Assembly (NCBI GenBank): GCA_965644295.1
Contig: CBFFRP010000363.1
Location: 620,001-684,000 of the forward strand
Direction of reading: 5' to 3'
Source of the DNA: Paraphysomonas bandaiensis
Lineage: Eukaryota > Protista > Chrysophyceae
DNA length: 64,000 nt
Numbering within the stretch: the stretch's first letter is position 1; every line of letters begins with the position of its first letter. Shown in pieces: positions 11,950 through 24,524 of the stretch. The notes under the pieces are model-generated. The model searched no databases. It was not told the DNA's origin and saw only the letters and a list, made by a program, of their open reading frames with translations. Position numbers and translations under genes: made by a program.

Positions 11950-12419
11950 AGTAGAGATGCACGAGTCATGTCGTATGTACTTCTAATACTTATGAACGCC
12001 TGTTCAGCGCAGCAGAACTTATTTTATCCGTATCGCGCAAACGTAGCTATGCATCGTACTACACTTAATATGATGTTGTTTCTAAACGTTATTCGGAAGT
12101 TGTGGCCAGATACATGCATATTTTAATTAATTTTGACTGAATTCGTTGATGCTGACGTCACCGATGATGGCTCAGAGGACGAGTATGAAGAAATTTGCTA
12201 TCAGCTCAGCAGTAGCCAGCAAAGTGGGCTTGGTAATCATGTGATCTTAATGACTAGAACTAAAAATGGAATCTATGCATCAATGATACTACTATATTGC
12301 AATTTATTGTACAATATCTTGTAATATATTGCAATATTATTGTTGGGTAGGTTCCAAAACCTCCATCGGTAGTTATGCAATCTAAAAATAGTACTGCAAT
12401 ATATTGTTATCTAACCCTG
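11950..12419 (+). mobile_element. truncated 3' end of a hAT element related to 26633-27412
   Basis: Encodes TSNTYERLFSAAELILS (hAT dimerisation ERLFS motif); similar at DNA level to 26957-27412; ends in a TIR-like ATATTGTTATCTAACCCTG. Confidence 0.75.
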
Positions 12420-12568
12420 GCACGTAAGATTCTCATGATTTCATTGTACTATTTTCTTATTATATTATAATTTCATTAAAAATGTTAATAAACATGTACA
12501 GTGAAATCTGTACATCCTTTAACGCAATTTCTTTACTATGTGTACAAAATAAGACTTTCACGTTTGCC

Positions 12569-12994
12569 TTAAATTGTCCGTCGCTCAGAGAAGCCTTCCG
12601 AGCTTTGTGCATTGCTCTCTTTATTGCTCTCTTTATTACTGTCACTTTTCCACACTTCCTCTGCTTTCCCCACCGTATCCGATACCTTTTCAGCTGCGTT
12701 TTTGGCGGAGCTTTTAACGGCATCAACAGCATCTTTCGCGTTATCTTTGATATCAGATGCAACTTCACCAGCATCCTTCTTAGCTCCATTGTTCAGCCCC
12801 ACAGCATCAGAGACAGTCTCTTTCACCGCCTTCAAGCGATCCTTAATAGCATCCATTGTAGAATTACTGAACGCACGAGCAGAGATACTGGAGCCCGTAG
12901 CCTGAGTGATGCATGGGTGCATACGCATCTGCACACATCCTCTCGTCTTACCAAGAGCTGGCGCGGCCACCGATACGAACCTTCTGATATACAT
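12569..12994 (-). CDS. small LEA-like hydrophilic protein with a putative mitochondrial transit peptide
   Basis: Arg/Ser/Ala-rich N-terminus without acidic residues ending RAFS; A/K/D/E-rich repeats (AKDAVDAVKSSAKNAAEKVSDT). Confidence 0.6.
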   Translation of the reverse strand: MYIRRFVSVAAPALGKTRGCVQMRMHPCITQATGSSISARAFSNSTMDAIKDRLKAVKETVSDAVGLNNGAKKDAGEVASDIKDNAKDAVDAVKSSAKNAAEKVSDTVGKAEEVWKSDSNKESNKESNAQSSEGFSERRTI

Positions 12995-13426
12995 ATTGAA
13001 TTAGTTTTGCTTGCTTTGACTTTCTATGCTTTGATTAATTCTGATGATTCTTCGCATGTCTGTGCTGTGAGTGAGTTAACGTCACTGCTGATTCTGATGC
13101 CTGTGTTTGAAGATGAACATTCTGTCATCGACAAATAGTTTCTTCCCATTTTGTATTCATTTGCTATGAATGAAAGTTTCTGGTTTTGGAACAAACCATC
13201 GAACAACTACCGGTAATAATTTAACGGGTTGTTTATTTCAGTTCTCTCCACCAATCATCGACCAGATAATCGCGGAGAGAAGAACGGCCAGCACTCATAT
13301 GTCTGGAGCTTCTTCATGGTGAAAGGAAAGCTCAGACTCGTTGAGTATCATAATACATACATGGTACTATACATCTCATAGAATAGTATAGTATAGTAGT
13401 ACAGAGCTGCTGACCCTTATATAGTT

Positions 13427-15884
13427 ATGAGCTCAGGGTTCACGCCTATTAACCAGGTTCGCTTGACGAACGTAGCGTATGTCCGTTTGAATAAAAATGG
13501 CAAACGGTTCGAGATAGCCTGCTATCGAAATAAGGTGAGATTAATGAGTGGTCGAATGAATAAATAAACCTCAATGGCCTCGCGATCAGGTGGTTAACTG
13601 GAGAAACAAGGTAGAAACCGACTTGGATGAAGGTGCGGTGTAGTCTCACAGCGGCCTGCGTCACGCTCATCGCAAATTTTGTCATATACAGTGCTGCAAA
13701 TACAGAGCGTCTTCTCGAATGTGTCGAAGGGTATGCTGGCGAGTAAGGCGGATATGATGGATGCGTTTGGTACGAGTGACGAAAAAGAGATTTGCAAAGA
13801 AATATTGGACCGCGGCGATATGCAAGTGTCTGAATTAGAGAGGCAGGCACTACTGGATGGGTGGGTGTGAACCATATCTGTTTACGAGTTATATGACCTT
13901 ACGATATGTACAGCATGTTTCGAGATGTGGCGAGTATAGTGGCAGAGAAAGCTATAAATACAGAGACGGGTAGACCATACTCTGTAAGTACTGCTTTCTA
14001 CAGTTTCTTTTACCCGCAACCCACCAACACTAATACACGTAATTTTGTTTGATAATATTTGATGCATAGATATCTATGATCCAGAACGCGATGAAGGATA
14101 TTCACTATTCTGTGGGTCTCACAAAAAGCGCCAAGCAACAAGCTCTAGATGTCATACGGAAGCTTCGAAAAGTACGACAGCCGTTATACCCGAACTATAG
14201 ATCAGTGATGTATATGACGATGTGAATATTGTAGTTCTTATCAACATGCGCGCTATGCGACAACACGGATCAATTTGTAGTGACACGTCTGTTTATAGGT
14301 TATGCCGATAGCACGCGTATCGATGCACCTCAGAATAACATGCCCTCAAGAAGGTAGGTGACAGGGAACATGATAACTGACAGCTATGTAGTTCGTAACT
14401 CGTTTTTTATTATGAAGTGAGTTTTGTGGCGCAGGTGCAGATTCTGTATTGGAAATGCTACAGAAGAAGTCTTGCTCAGTACTGCGGACAACACCCTCGT
14501 CTCATGGTTCATCCCATATTGTGGAGTTCACTGTCGATCCTGAGCACTATCGATTTATTGAAGAACAACTGGCATCACTTACACAAGGTGTTGAGTGCTA
14601 GTGTGATCAGTGTTGTTGGTTGGTAAATATAGTTGTGACAGGCCTAGGATTACTTGAAGTTCTTCATCAACAAGCAACTGTTAAAGGAGTTTCTGAGGGC
14701 CCGTCATCAGCAACAGCTTCGTCCTTGACTACGACTTCACAGGCTATTTCACCCGGATCACCTGAAGAAAACAAAGATTCGTCAACTAGCAGGGGTGAAG
14801 AAGACAACCAGTCGACCTCTAAGGCAAGTGTTGATAGGAAGCCTGCTGCAGTGAAGGGTAAACGAAACAAACTGAATGGTGGCACCAGTGACCCTGCTGA
14901 CTTGCTGGAGTTGCTTACAATAGAGAAGGAATCTGTGGATGATATACCAGGCATCGTTAAACCAAAGGTGTACACACCAAATCTATATGTTCTGGAGTGC
15001 GTATGAGTGCATTATTTGGTGGCTGGAATGATGCATGTACTTATTATTGCAGTTTTATCTTTGTATATCCATTCCAAGTCTATTTTCTGACCGGCATATT
15101 TTCACAGAAGAAGAATCGCAAGAAACAGTCTAAGGAAGCGGCACCAGTTTCTATTTCTCTTGAAAGCGAAAGTGACTCCGATACAGGTGATATGTTGAAG
15201 TGTAAAAAAACCACGTACAATGTCTTGACCTTAGGTATAGAATGCGTAAACGGTTGTGATACGCCTAGCTCCGCAACATCAAACAGTCAGGATATATCCC
15301 AAGAACCCGTCCGAAAAGGAGGTAACAAACAGGGAAAGAAAAACAAACGTCTGCAAAGAGAAAAAGAAAAGAGCACACGAGCCCGAGAGCAGGTGAAAGA
15401 GCACTACAGTACACGTGTATTCTGTTTTGTTTTCTACATTTACTGGCGTATTTTTGTGGGGGTGATGGACTTTCATATCATAGGAGAGAGAGAGTCGCCT
15501 TCAGCAGCTACAAGAAGAGCAACAGCAGAACGAGCACCGTGTGGATGAGAAATTGACTCAAGATAAACAGCAGGAGGCAGTTATGTCTGGTAAGATTTTT
15601 TTCTGTGCTCTACGCATGCGGTATTGTGTTTGGTATTAGGTTCGGGTGCAGGCGGAAAATGCAATACTTGCGGTATCAAGTTCGATGAGCAAGCTCAGCA
15701 TCGAGCTCACTACAGGTATCAAAATTTTCCAGCTTTAATCTATTGTTTTTATTTTTGCTTTTACAGGAGCGAATGGCATCGATGTAACTTAAAGCGGAAA
15801 CTCAAAAATCTTCCGCTTGCGAAGTCTGAAATTGAGTTTAATAGTTATCCTATTGATCACTGGGAAGTTGATATTGATTCCTAG
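13427..15884 (+). CDS. SBDS: ribosome maturation protein SBDS with a C-terminal C2H2 zinc finger (multi-exon)
   Basis: Spliced [64 protein letters not shown]...; C-terminal [30 protein letters not shown]. Confidence 0.93.
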
Positions 15885-16158
15885 CTGGATGCGTATCTGT
15901 GCTGCCGCGTTAAAAAATGAGTATATGGAGTTGGTGAATAAGTAGACTGTCGTATACACTGCATCCTTGTAGTAGAAATTATAGATCATACGTATGATTA
16001 ATCAGGTGTTGTTGATACAATTAACAATAGCAGAATATGAATATATAAGAGAGTAGTGGCTGGATAATATTCAATCTTCTAACACTGATATTTAGTCCTG
16101 AATAGATTGGAATATATATTATATTAAATACATTTTGCCCTTTTTCTTAATTGTTATG

Positions 16159-16621
16159 CCCCATTCCGAAAACGTGGCCATCATGTAGGTTCGCTGGTAT
16201 AGCACATATGCACATATAACACCGAGATGTTGCACTGATTCTACCACCCGTGTACCAACGTAGACCTTTGCTAAGATTACGGGAGATCTAATAGCTATGA
16301 ATGACTTATATATTTAATTCGCGCAGATTCTAGTAGGACCATATTTATCGTCCCTAACAACGATTGCGCGGAGCTTCTCGTGACCAGCATGACTCAGTAT
16401 AGGCCTAGCGCGACATTAGCCGGGCACCCCTCCTATCCTAGAATGTGCGGGGTTTCTCGAAACCCCTTATAGGCAATGCAAGTATAGTGTAGATTGTAGA
16501 TCTAGCTAGAGCTTACTTGGTACCGACACACAAAGAATACACTGAGATTTAATTAACAATCTACACATTACTTAGCTTAATCAACACTAGCACTTTACTA
16601 GGGCACGCCCTCGGAATGGGG
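16159..16621. mobile_element. candidate MITE
   Basis: Imperfect TIR CCCCATTCCGA...CGTG.CC / GGGCACGCCCTCGGAATGGGG; TGTTAT in both flanks; internal palindrome GGGGTTTCTCGAAACCCC. Confidence 0.45.
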
Positions 16622-17554
16622 ATGTTATATATATATTTATCGGATTGCAACCCCCCCCCGAAAGTATTCCGTGTTGGGGTGAATCTATAGTAAAGCCAGA
16701 ATCAGTGAAACCAGTGGAATAGTGTTGACATACTGTATTCCTTCATTCAGTTCTCTTTAGTTTGTCCTAATCGTAACCTAAGTGTTACATAAAAATGAGG
16801 CCTCGCCTCCCGTCTCGCTCTCCTAGTTTTATTCACCGTTCTCTCGCTCTCAGCATTATATCGGTATGCATACTACTTACTAGATATCAGATTTCATATC
16901 TTTGTGTACTATACCTGTTCTCACACTTCAGTTCAATGTAGAGATTAGTAGCAGTCAATGTTTCAATGAGAGTTGTGGTATTTGTATGATGACCTACTGT
17001 GGTGCCACCTCGACTCTGATTGAAAGTGCTGCTTTGGCTCTAAAGGTTGTAGTAAGGCTGTATTGCCGTATAAGCTGCAAGCACGGCTTATAAATACTAT
17101 TCGTCAACTACAAGAGCACTTGAAAATAAAGTTACTAACAAGAATATCTTACCGGCTCATAGACTGGACCAGGAGTCAGTGTTGCACGATGTGAATCGTC
17201 CATTCCAGGATTAAAATATTCATAGCGTAACTCTTCCTATTCTGAGTTATAGGAGAATATTGCATAGATGAATCTGTACGCCGTTAAAAGCGAGCCGGAG
17301 AGCACCAATCCCAGGCCAGATGGGCCATGGCCATGGATTGCATGCGCATGCATCCCTCACTGCCTGTTAAGATCCACGCTCTGCATATATGCACTGAGAG
17401 CAGAATACCTAGAATACCTCACCGTATTAGATCGTATACAGCAGTGTATACCGTATACCGTATACACTTGTATTACTTCTCTCATCTAACGTAGAGTGCA
17501 TATATATCCACGTGTAGAGGACTTGTTCGCCTCGCTCTGTCTGGTGTTCTACTC

Positions 17555-18595
17555 ATGGTTAGTCCAGGGTACTCCAGTATGACACGTTTATATCTTCCTC
17601 TAGTACTGGCATACATCGTCCAGTTGTCGGCTGTGTCAGGAGTGTCGCCCATTAAAGTGTGGATAGACTGTGACCCGTCCATAGGTGTGCATGATGTGGA
17701 TGATGGGTTCGCTCTCTGGCAGGCAACACTGTCAGCGAACATCGATGTTGTCGGCGTGAGTACCGTATTCGGTAATGCACCTCTACTGGTAACGCGAGAT
17801 GTGGCTGAGAGGGTTGTCAGGGGCTTGTTTTTGAACTCATCACTTGTGGTTCGATCAGGTGCATCGAGCGATACTGAGCTCGGATTAATCTCTGACGCTT
17901 CTAAAGCTTTGTCTGATGTGTTAGCTACACAAAGGCTAACTATAGTTTCCCTAGGACCCCTGACTAACATAGCCACAGTTGTATTGCGAAACGCCTCTGT
18001 GGTACACAATATAGACCGAATCGTTTCTGTGGCGGGCCGACGCGAAGGACAATCTTTTATTGTTGGAAGTGGTACGAAGCCGATCCGTGACCTAAACTTT
18101 GAAATGGATGTAGAATCCTATCGTGTTATTCTGAACACTGAAATCCCACTAACTCTGGTTCCATACGAAGTATCTTCTACAGTGTGGGTGCGGCGTGAGC
18201 ATCTCACACGGATATCTGATGCCTCCAGGGGGCACATTGGTGTGCAGTGGTTAGTAACATCTTCCTTGCTGTGGATTGACTGGTGGCAACAGTCGTTTCA
18301 AGTTGAGGCTTTCAACCCTTTTGATTCTCTCGCTGTGGGGTTTGTGTCTGATCCAGCATTGTTCTCGTGTGAGCAATCATATGCTGAGATCCGTTATATA
18401 TTCTCTGAAGATACCCCACAACTGATAGCGCGAAGAACCGCGCCGAGTGCGAATGGTAAACCAGTGCAGTATTGCTACGCCGTACACAGTAATTTCACAA
18501 CGAACCTCCTAAGTTTGTTTGTTGAAGGGGCTGTGGCTATATCTTCCTCGGAACATCATAGTTATACTTCATTATTTAAAACTTTTGGTGATTAG
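17555..18595 (+). CDS. inosine-uridine-preferring nucleoside hydrolase family protein, secreted
   Basis: Hydrophobic leader, then WIDCDPSIGVHDVDDGFAL, STVFGN, SLGPLTNIA, DLNFEMD and PFDSLAV; intronless. Confidence 0.88.
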   Translation: MVSPGYSSMTRLYLPLVLAYIVQLSAVSGVSPIKVWIDCDPSIGVHDVDDGFALWQATLSANIDVVGVSTVFGNAPLLVTRDVAERVVRGLFLNSSLVVRSGASSDTELGLISDASKALSDVLATQRLTIVSLGPLTNIATVVLRNASVVHNIDRIVSVAGRREGQSFIVGSGTKPIRDLNFEMDVESYRVILNTEIPLTLVPYEVSSTVWVRREHLTRISDASRGHIGVQWLVTSSLLWIDWWQQSFQVEAFNPFDSLAVGFVSDPALFSCEQSYAEIRYIFSEDTPQLIARRTAPSANGKPVQYCYAVHSNFTTNLLSLFVEGAVAISSSEHHSYTSLFKTFGD

Positions 18596-20299
18596 TTAGA
18601 ATGTATATTATGAATTTTTAATGGAAAATATTTATAATTTATGTTGATATCTTGACGTCAGAGATGACATATATTCGCTACTGCGATTACGAGGGTGCGA
18701 ATAATATATTTACACAATTGTGAAACCTATTAGATTAGGTATTATATAATATATGTAGTGCTTGCTAATGAAAGTAGTATTTGTTCATGTTGTAACCATA
18801 GCGTTGTACTATATAGAGCTCATGTAGCAAGTACGGAGTAAAAGTTTCCTTCGAGGGAAGAGACAGCAAGTACGGAAGTAACCCTTACGCTACTAAAGTT
18901 TCATTAGTTTCTACTAAAATAAATAGTGCCGATAGTTCCTACTAAGTATTGTAGAAAAGGCAGTATCAATCTTTTCCAGCCGCTTTATGCTTCAGCCAAG
19001 CAAATGATTCAAGATCGTCACCGTTACGTTACCACACCCAAGGGGCCACATATAGACTCCCCCCCAGAACACGTCAGAAACGTAGCAACGCACGATTAAT
19101 AGAAACACACGACGGAAACTGATGATTTTTTGCTTACTTGGTGCAACGAGGAGACCTAGTACACCCCACACGTCAACTTCTCCCACAACCCCTGCACAAG
19201 TGGAAATGTCAAGGCGCCGAATCCGCCAGCTATTCCTTCGCCCCAAGCCCACCTGGCATCCCGCACCATCTCCAGACACGCCGGAGCCCCAATATACCTC
19301 CTCGCCCATGTTCATCAGGCTAGGAACACTCGACTCACTAATTCAGAATCCTGTGCCTCCCCAAACTATAGAGCCTTACCCCAAGGAACACCTTCCTTAC
19401 CAAACCCATCTACACCAAGGACTCACGTTCATATGGATCTTCTCCCACACATTAAAGAACGCAAGTGCTTGCAGCAACGCACAAGCAGCTTTCGTAGCGG
19501 TACGTAGTAGGATACGAGAATTTGTATTCGTTAGTTACAGCTAGATGTCTATCTAGCATGACTAGTTTTCATTTAGCTACTTATCTGGTGCTGATTCTTA
19601 CGCCTATTGCTTGTAACAAGACTTTAACACTCGACTTATGACATTAAGGTTGAAACGTGGTTTTTATTGAGGTTGTTTATCTGTTTTGTCTTCGTTCTAT
19701 TGCTTTTTTTCTTAATCAACTTCTTTCTATTTACCTTTGGGTGTGGAGAGCTGCTTCTACCTTCCGCTTTCTTAATATTTTGACTTCATACCGAGCTTAC
19801 TACACATACTCCTTGGTACAAAGTTAATTGTTCTCATACTGTATATGTAGTTCTCTGATTACTGATTAGTAGTAAGTGACCAGTCATATATGCTAATACT
19901 GTGCTGTGGATAAAGTTGTCTTGTGCACCAAATTGGGATCAGATTACATATGGTTTCAGTATTTTGATTATTATGCACCTCTACGACTGGTAAAAAAGTA
20001 CTCCACCATTCAAAAAGTGACTGGCGACAGACTTAATTCATGGTAGATATATTTAATCTTTCCAAGGCTGAACAACCACAATTGATACACTGGCCGCTGC
20101 TACACCATAATATGGGCAAAGCATAACAACACTTAATCACATATATTTGCTACATCTAGCTCACACTAACATCGTATACTCAAAAATCATAAAGAACCTA
20201 TTCTCCCTGCGCTGCACTTAGTAGGGCACAATCCTCTCTGTTGATGCACATTCTGTGAGAGCACGTCATACAATCTACTGTGCACCGTATCAAGTTTGG

Positions 20300-21995
20300 T
20301 TATGTCGTCACGCGATAATCTTGAACCCTTGGCCACAGAGTCTTCCAGTAGTACCATACAGTCTACTCAAACACGTAAAGATGAGATCAAACATTTATAG
20401 TTCGTATTGTACCCACCGAGTGTGGCCACAAGGAATAAACGAATCCACTGTTTGTTACGGATCCGTCGGGCTGCTTCACCGGCCAGCGGTACCAGGAGCT
20501 ACAACCGTCCCACACCTTTCCCACAAGCCCTCTCTCGATAACATTTGAATGATATTCCTTAACAACATCATCCTTTACTTGCAAATACCGAAAATTATGC
20601 TTGTTCTGAAGCCTCATCAGCTTCAATATGTAGTTCACTTGGCATTCAATCATGAAAATGATGGAATTATGACCGAGATTAGAGTTCGGCCCATAGAGAA
20701 AAAATAGATTCGGAAATTGCGGCGCAGTAATTCCCAGAAGAGTACAAGGACCATCTTTCATCCATGCACTGAGTGTATAACCGTTTATACCGACAACATC
20801 GAATGCATATTTAGGTGGCGCATTAGCACGTGTCACCTGAAAACCTGTTGCATATATGATAGCATCAAGATCAATGATTCGATCAGAACTTTTGTCACAC
20901 TCGACTGATGATATCGCAGAATCTGAATGAATTGATTCCAAATTTTCCGGAGTAGAGCGAATGGATATACCTCGTTCACATACACCAGTGATGCGGTCAG
21001 TTACAACGTGGACGTTGCTGCGACAGAGAGCGGGATACCAAAAGGATGAAAACAGCATTCGTTTACATCCACACACCAAAGTAGGGGTGACCTTGCGCTG
21101 TAAATCTTTATCCTTTATAACACTCTTTAGGTACCGGATGGAGTCCACTTGCATCCACCAATTAAAAAAAGAGCCTACATAGAGTCCACCAAACCGTATC
21201 TCTGTGGCGATATACACGATGTACCGCAGTAAACGCATGGTGAACGGAAAAAGGCGAAATACTTCCTTCACAACATTGGGAAAACAAAAATCTGTTTTAT
21301 AAAATATCCATGGCGCAGTGCGTTGAAATACATAAAGTTCTTTTACTATTTTCGCTATCTCTGGAACAATTTGAATCGCAGATGCCCCACTTCCAACAAT
21401 ACCAACGCGTTTATTAGCAAGCGACACACGGTGATCCCATTTTGCTGCGTGAAAGGAGTCACCCTGGAAGACAGTAGATCCATCAATATTAGAGAGGCCT
21501 TTGAGGGTCGGATACTGAGGTACATGCAAGGAACTACATCAGAGTTAGCACTCCATTGTCAGAAACGAGTAGACATTACCCATTCGCCATCACTATAAAG
21601 TCTGTCTTTACTTCTGTTACACCCAGAGGACCATGCAACTCCACCCGCCATGTTGCTGTGTCATTATTCCACTGAGCACCCTGAACCTTAGTATTTAGTT
21701 GAATATGCTTCTGGAGTCCGTACTTCTCAACCACGTGACCCAGATATCCCAATATCTGATGTTGCTTTGCCCAAAAACGATCCCAGTTGGGATAAAGCTC
21801 AAAAGAATAGGAATACAGCACTGAAGGCACGTCACAACCGCAGTCAGGATACGTGTTATCGTACCATGTGCCCCCATAGCTCATAGACTTCTCGTATATA
21901 GTGAAGTTCAACACGCCCGCCTGCAAGAGCTTCACACCCATCGCTATACCACTGAACCCGCAACCAACTATGCTGATACTCTTTGACGTGTCCAT
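20300..21995 (-). CDS. Baeyer-Villiger / flavin-containing monooxygenase
   Basis: Three exons; GCGFSG Rossmann motif, GGTWYDNTYPDCGCDVP, BVMO fingerprint FQGDSFHAAKW, GSGASA, ATGF; last exon TVWYYWKTLWPRVQDYRVTT*. Confidence 0.92.
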
Positions 21996-24159
21996 GGCGG
22001 GTGAGTGCGTGAGATGGGTGAGTGTTGTACGATACTTTGAGGTGCTCAGCAGATGTCTACAGCAGCCGCATAGTCACCCAGATATGACGATATACCACAT
22101 CAAATACGTATGTATTTCTTCATTACTGTATCCATATCCATATCCAAGAACAGGGTATACCGCAGTATACTGCTGTATACCAAACAACAGCAGTACAAGT
22201 TAAGTTTATACAGTACATATACAGCACTGTACTCTGATCCGCAACTAGATATCTGCCTATAGATACACTGTGGCTCCGAAGATGATAATGGTGCCGCTGC
22301 CCTTTGAACAGAGGCCCGAATTATGTCCCTGAATTCATTACAATGAGCGGAGAGGGCGGAGTATATACATATGTATGTATATGTGGGTGGATATGAGCAC
22401 ACAGAGTCATACAGAGGGACACTTACTGCAGCTCAGGTTCGGGGAACGTTGCATATTGATTACAGTGACGTCAACATTCTGCACAGTGAAACAGGTGTGA
22501 TGTTAGCTCCGAAGAGCTCATCTTCAGTGACAGTGTCGCAATTACAGTGAGCTTATCCCATTAGAGCATGACGGCCACTATGAGCTCGAGGTTGCATAAT
22601 ATGGTCTATATTTGTCTATATATCTTCTTTTTTTCTGGTGTCTTCATGACGATGTCATCTGCGGCGGAATTGTTATTCAAGTTGCTCGCCGACAATGTAT
22701 CAATTTATTATTATTAAGTTCTGTTTTCCACACACCATACATGTCTTATCATTCATTATTTTTGACTTCATTAAAGCTTTGAGCGTAACCTAGCGTTTAA
22801 TGCTTTTTCTTGGGTAACCGCTTTACAAAATTACCCATAACCCCTACTCAGCAGGTTATAGCAAGCAAAGCAAGATTAGTAGAGTAATACCGTTTTTTAC
22901 CCGAATACCTATTAGCCAAACCTTCTAAAAACGCTCTAATAATATAACACAAGTGATAGTTCCACAGATACTACTGCTTGATCGACAGAAGTACCTCAAG
23001 AACTTCATATCTCTGCCGGATCGAACTCGAGTAACGGCCTAAGAATAGGGCAAATCCTACGCCAGTTGCTGCAAAAGAGACCAAAAGGAACACACGATCA
23101 GACCCAACTCTGCGAAGCAGAGTGCGCACCCATGCTCCTCAGTGTCCTCACAGTGCTATTGCACGTAACCGTAATGACATCTTTCACACAAAACGTCACG
23201 AAGTATTCCTGTACTTCAGGTTTTAACAACTGTAATCTTCATGTAACCGTCGTAACTCTAGTACGTAATAATACAGATTTTAATTGTTACATATATGCAA
23301 AACTCAACATAGTGTATAAGAATGTCTGATTATTACATCAGAACGATTGTATCTGGAATCTAGGTTTACATCTATAGACTTACTGACTTGATTTTCTATA
23401 ATATTGTACAAGTGTTGGGTCAACTGTCTCGGAATTACTTGTGCATCGCTGTGAGCACCATGGTGCAACCGTCCCTTGTAGTGAGGTTAGTCAGGGGGTC
23501 TACCTTTTGGCAATGTGTCCGGTTAGGTGAGGAGTGGATGGGGCGATATGTAGGTGAGAGTGTATGTTGGTGGCGGAGATGGTGCTGCTTGTCGTGGTGG
23601 GGTGCAAGGATGAGTTGTTTCCGGAGTGGGTGAGCTTGCTTCTGTCGGGTTCGTGTGGAGGGTGGAGTTCTGGAGGTGGTCGTCGCCTGAAGTAGCTGGA
23701 TTATTTTTGGTGTTGGGTTAGTATCCTGGGATTTGTGTTGCTGTGAGTGCGCCGGGGTCGTGATCGGTGTTGCTGTTGTTGTGGCTGTGTTGTGGTGCCT
23801 GAGTCCCCTATTTCGGAGCATTCGGTCCGTTATAGAAGGGAAGTAGGATAGAGTGAGGGATTTTTCTAGAGTGTGGGACTGATGTTTGAGCAGTGAGGTG
23901 GATATGTTGCGCCCGAATGCATCGGCCAATTGTGTGTCAGTGATGTGACTCAACCTGTGGGGCGTTTGGATGCCATGCTGCTTTTGCTAGTTTGGTGATG
24001 GCAGTGTAAAACCATGGGTGAGGGTACGTTTGCTTGCGAATTTTGTCAAGCTTATTGTGGTGTACTTGGAAGACGTCTCCACGTATATGAATGATGTCAG
24101 GATGAGTGTGGGTGAGAAGATGTGCGCGGTATTGTCTGTTTGGTGTGCTCAGTCTGTGT

Positions 24160-24358
24160 ATCTCAGGATCTGTCAAGACATCAAATGCCTCAGCTATCTC
24201 TTGAAATTTAGCTTGTGCTACGTCTTGATTATCTGGGTTCTTATCTGTTAATATGAGTCAAAAATGTATAAGTCATATGGGAGTGTATAACTCTTACCTG
24301 GGTGCCATTTTAAGGCCAGTTTCTTATAAGCTTTCTTGATCTCTGCCTCAGTGGCAGA
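24160..24358 (-). pseudogene. truncated DnaJ J-domain gene fragment retaining its intron
   Basis: SATEAEIKKAYKKLALKWHP, a 53-nt GT..AG intron (24297-24245), then DKNPDNQDVAQAKFQEIAEAFDVLTDPE; helix I (DYY.ILGV) and start codon are missing. Confidence 0.85.
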
Positions 24359-24451
24359 GATAATGAGATTATTAGTGGTTATGTATATTTGACAGTGCTC
24401 GGACTTTGTAAATTTGAGCTCGGTATAGATGCGTCTCCAGCAATCTCGAAT

Positions 24452-24524
24452 ACGGACAGCAAGAGTGCTATTGAACTAGCTCAGAACCCAGTTAATCATA
24501 AACGCTCCAAGCACATTAGAATCA
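24452..24524 (+). mobile_element. Ty1/copia RNase H fragment
   Basis: TDSKSAIELAQNPVNHKRSKHIRI, comparable to CDNKGAVQLCYNPTHHRRTKHIAI in the intact copia element. Confidence 0.75.

Noticed and set aside
12460-13138. ORFs antisense to or overlapping the LEA-like gene
   Set aside because: Shadow ORFs with no recognisable features
22900-23200. SNGLRIG resembling the tyrosine-recombinase HSLRIG motif (DIRS-like)
   Set aside because: Single weak motif; catalytic His and Tyr context not found
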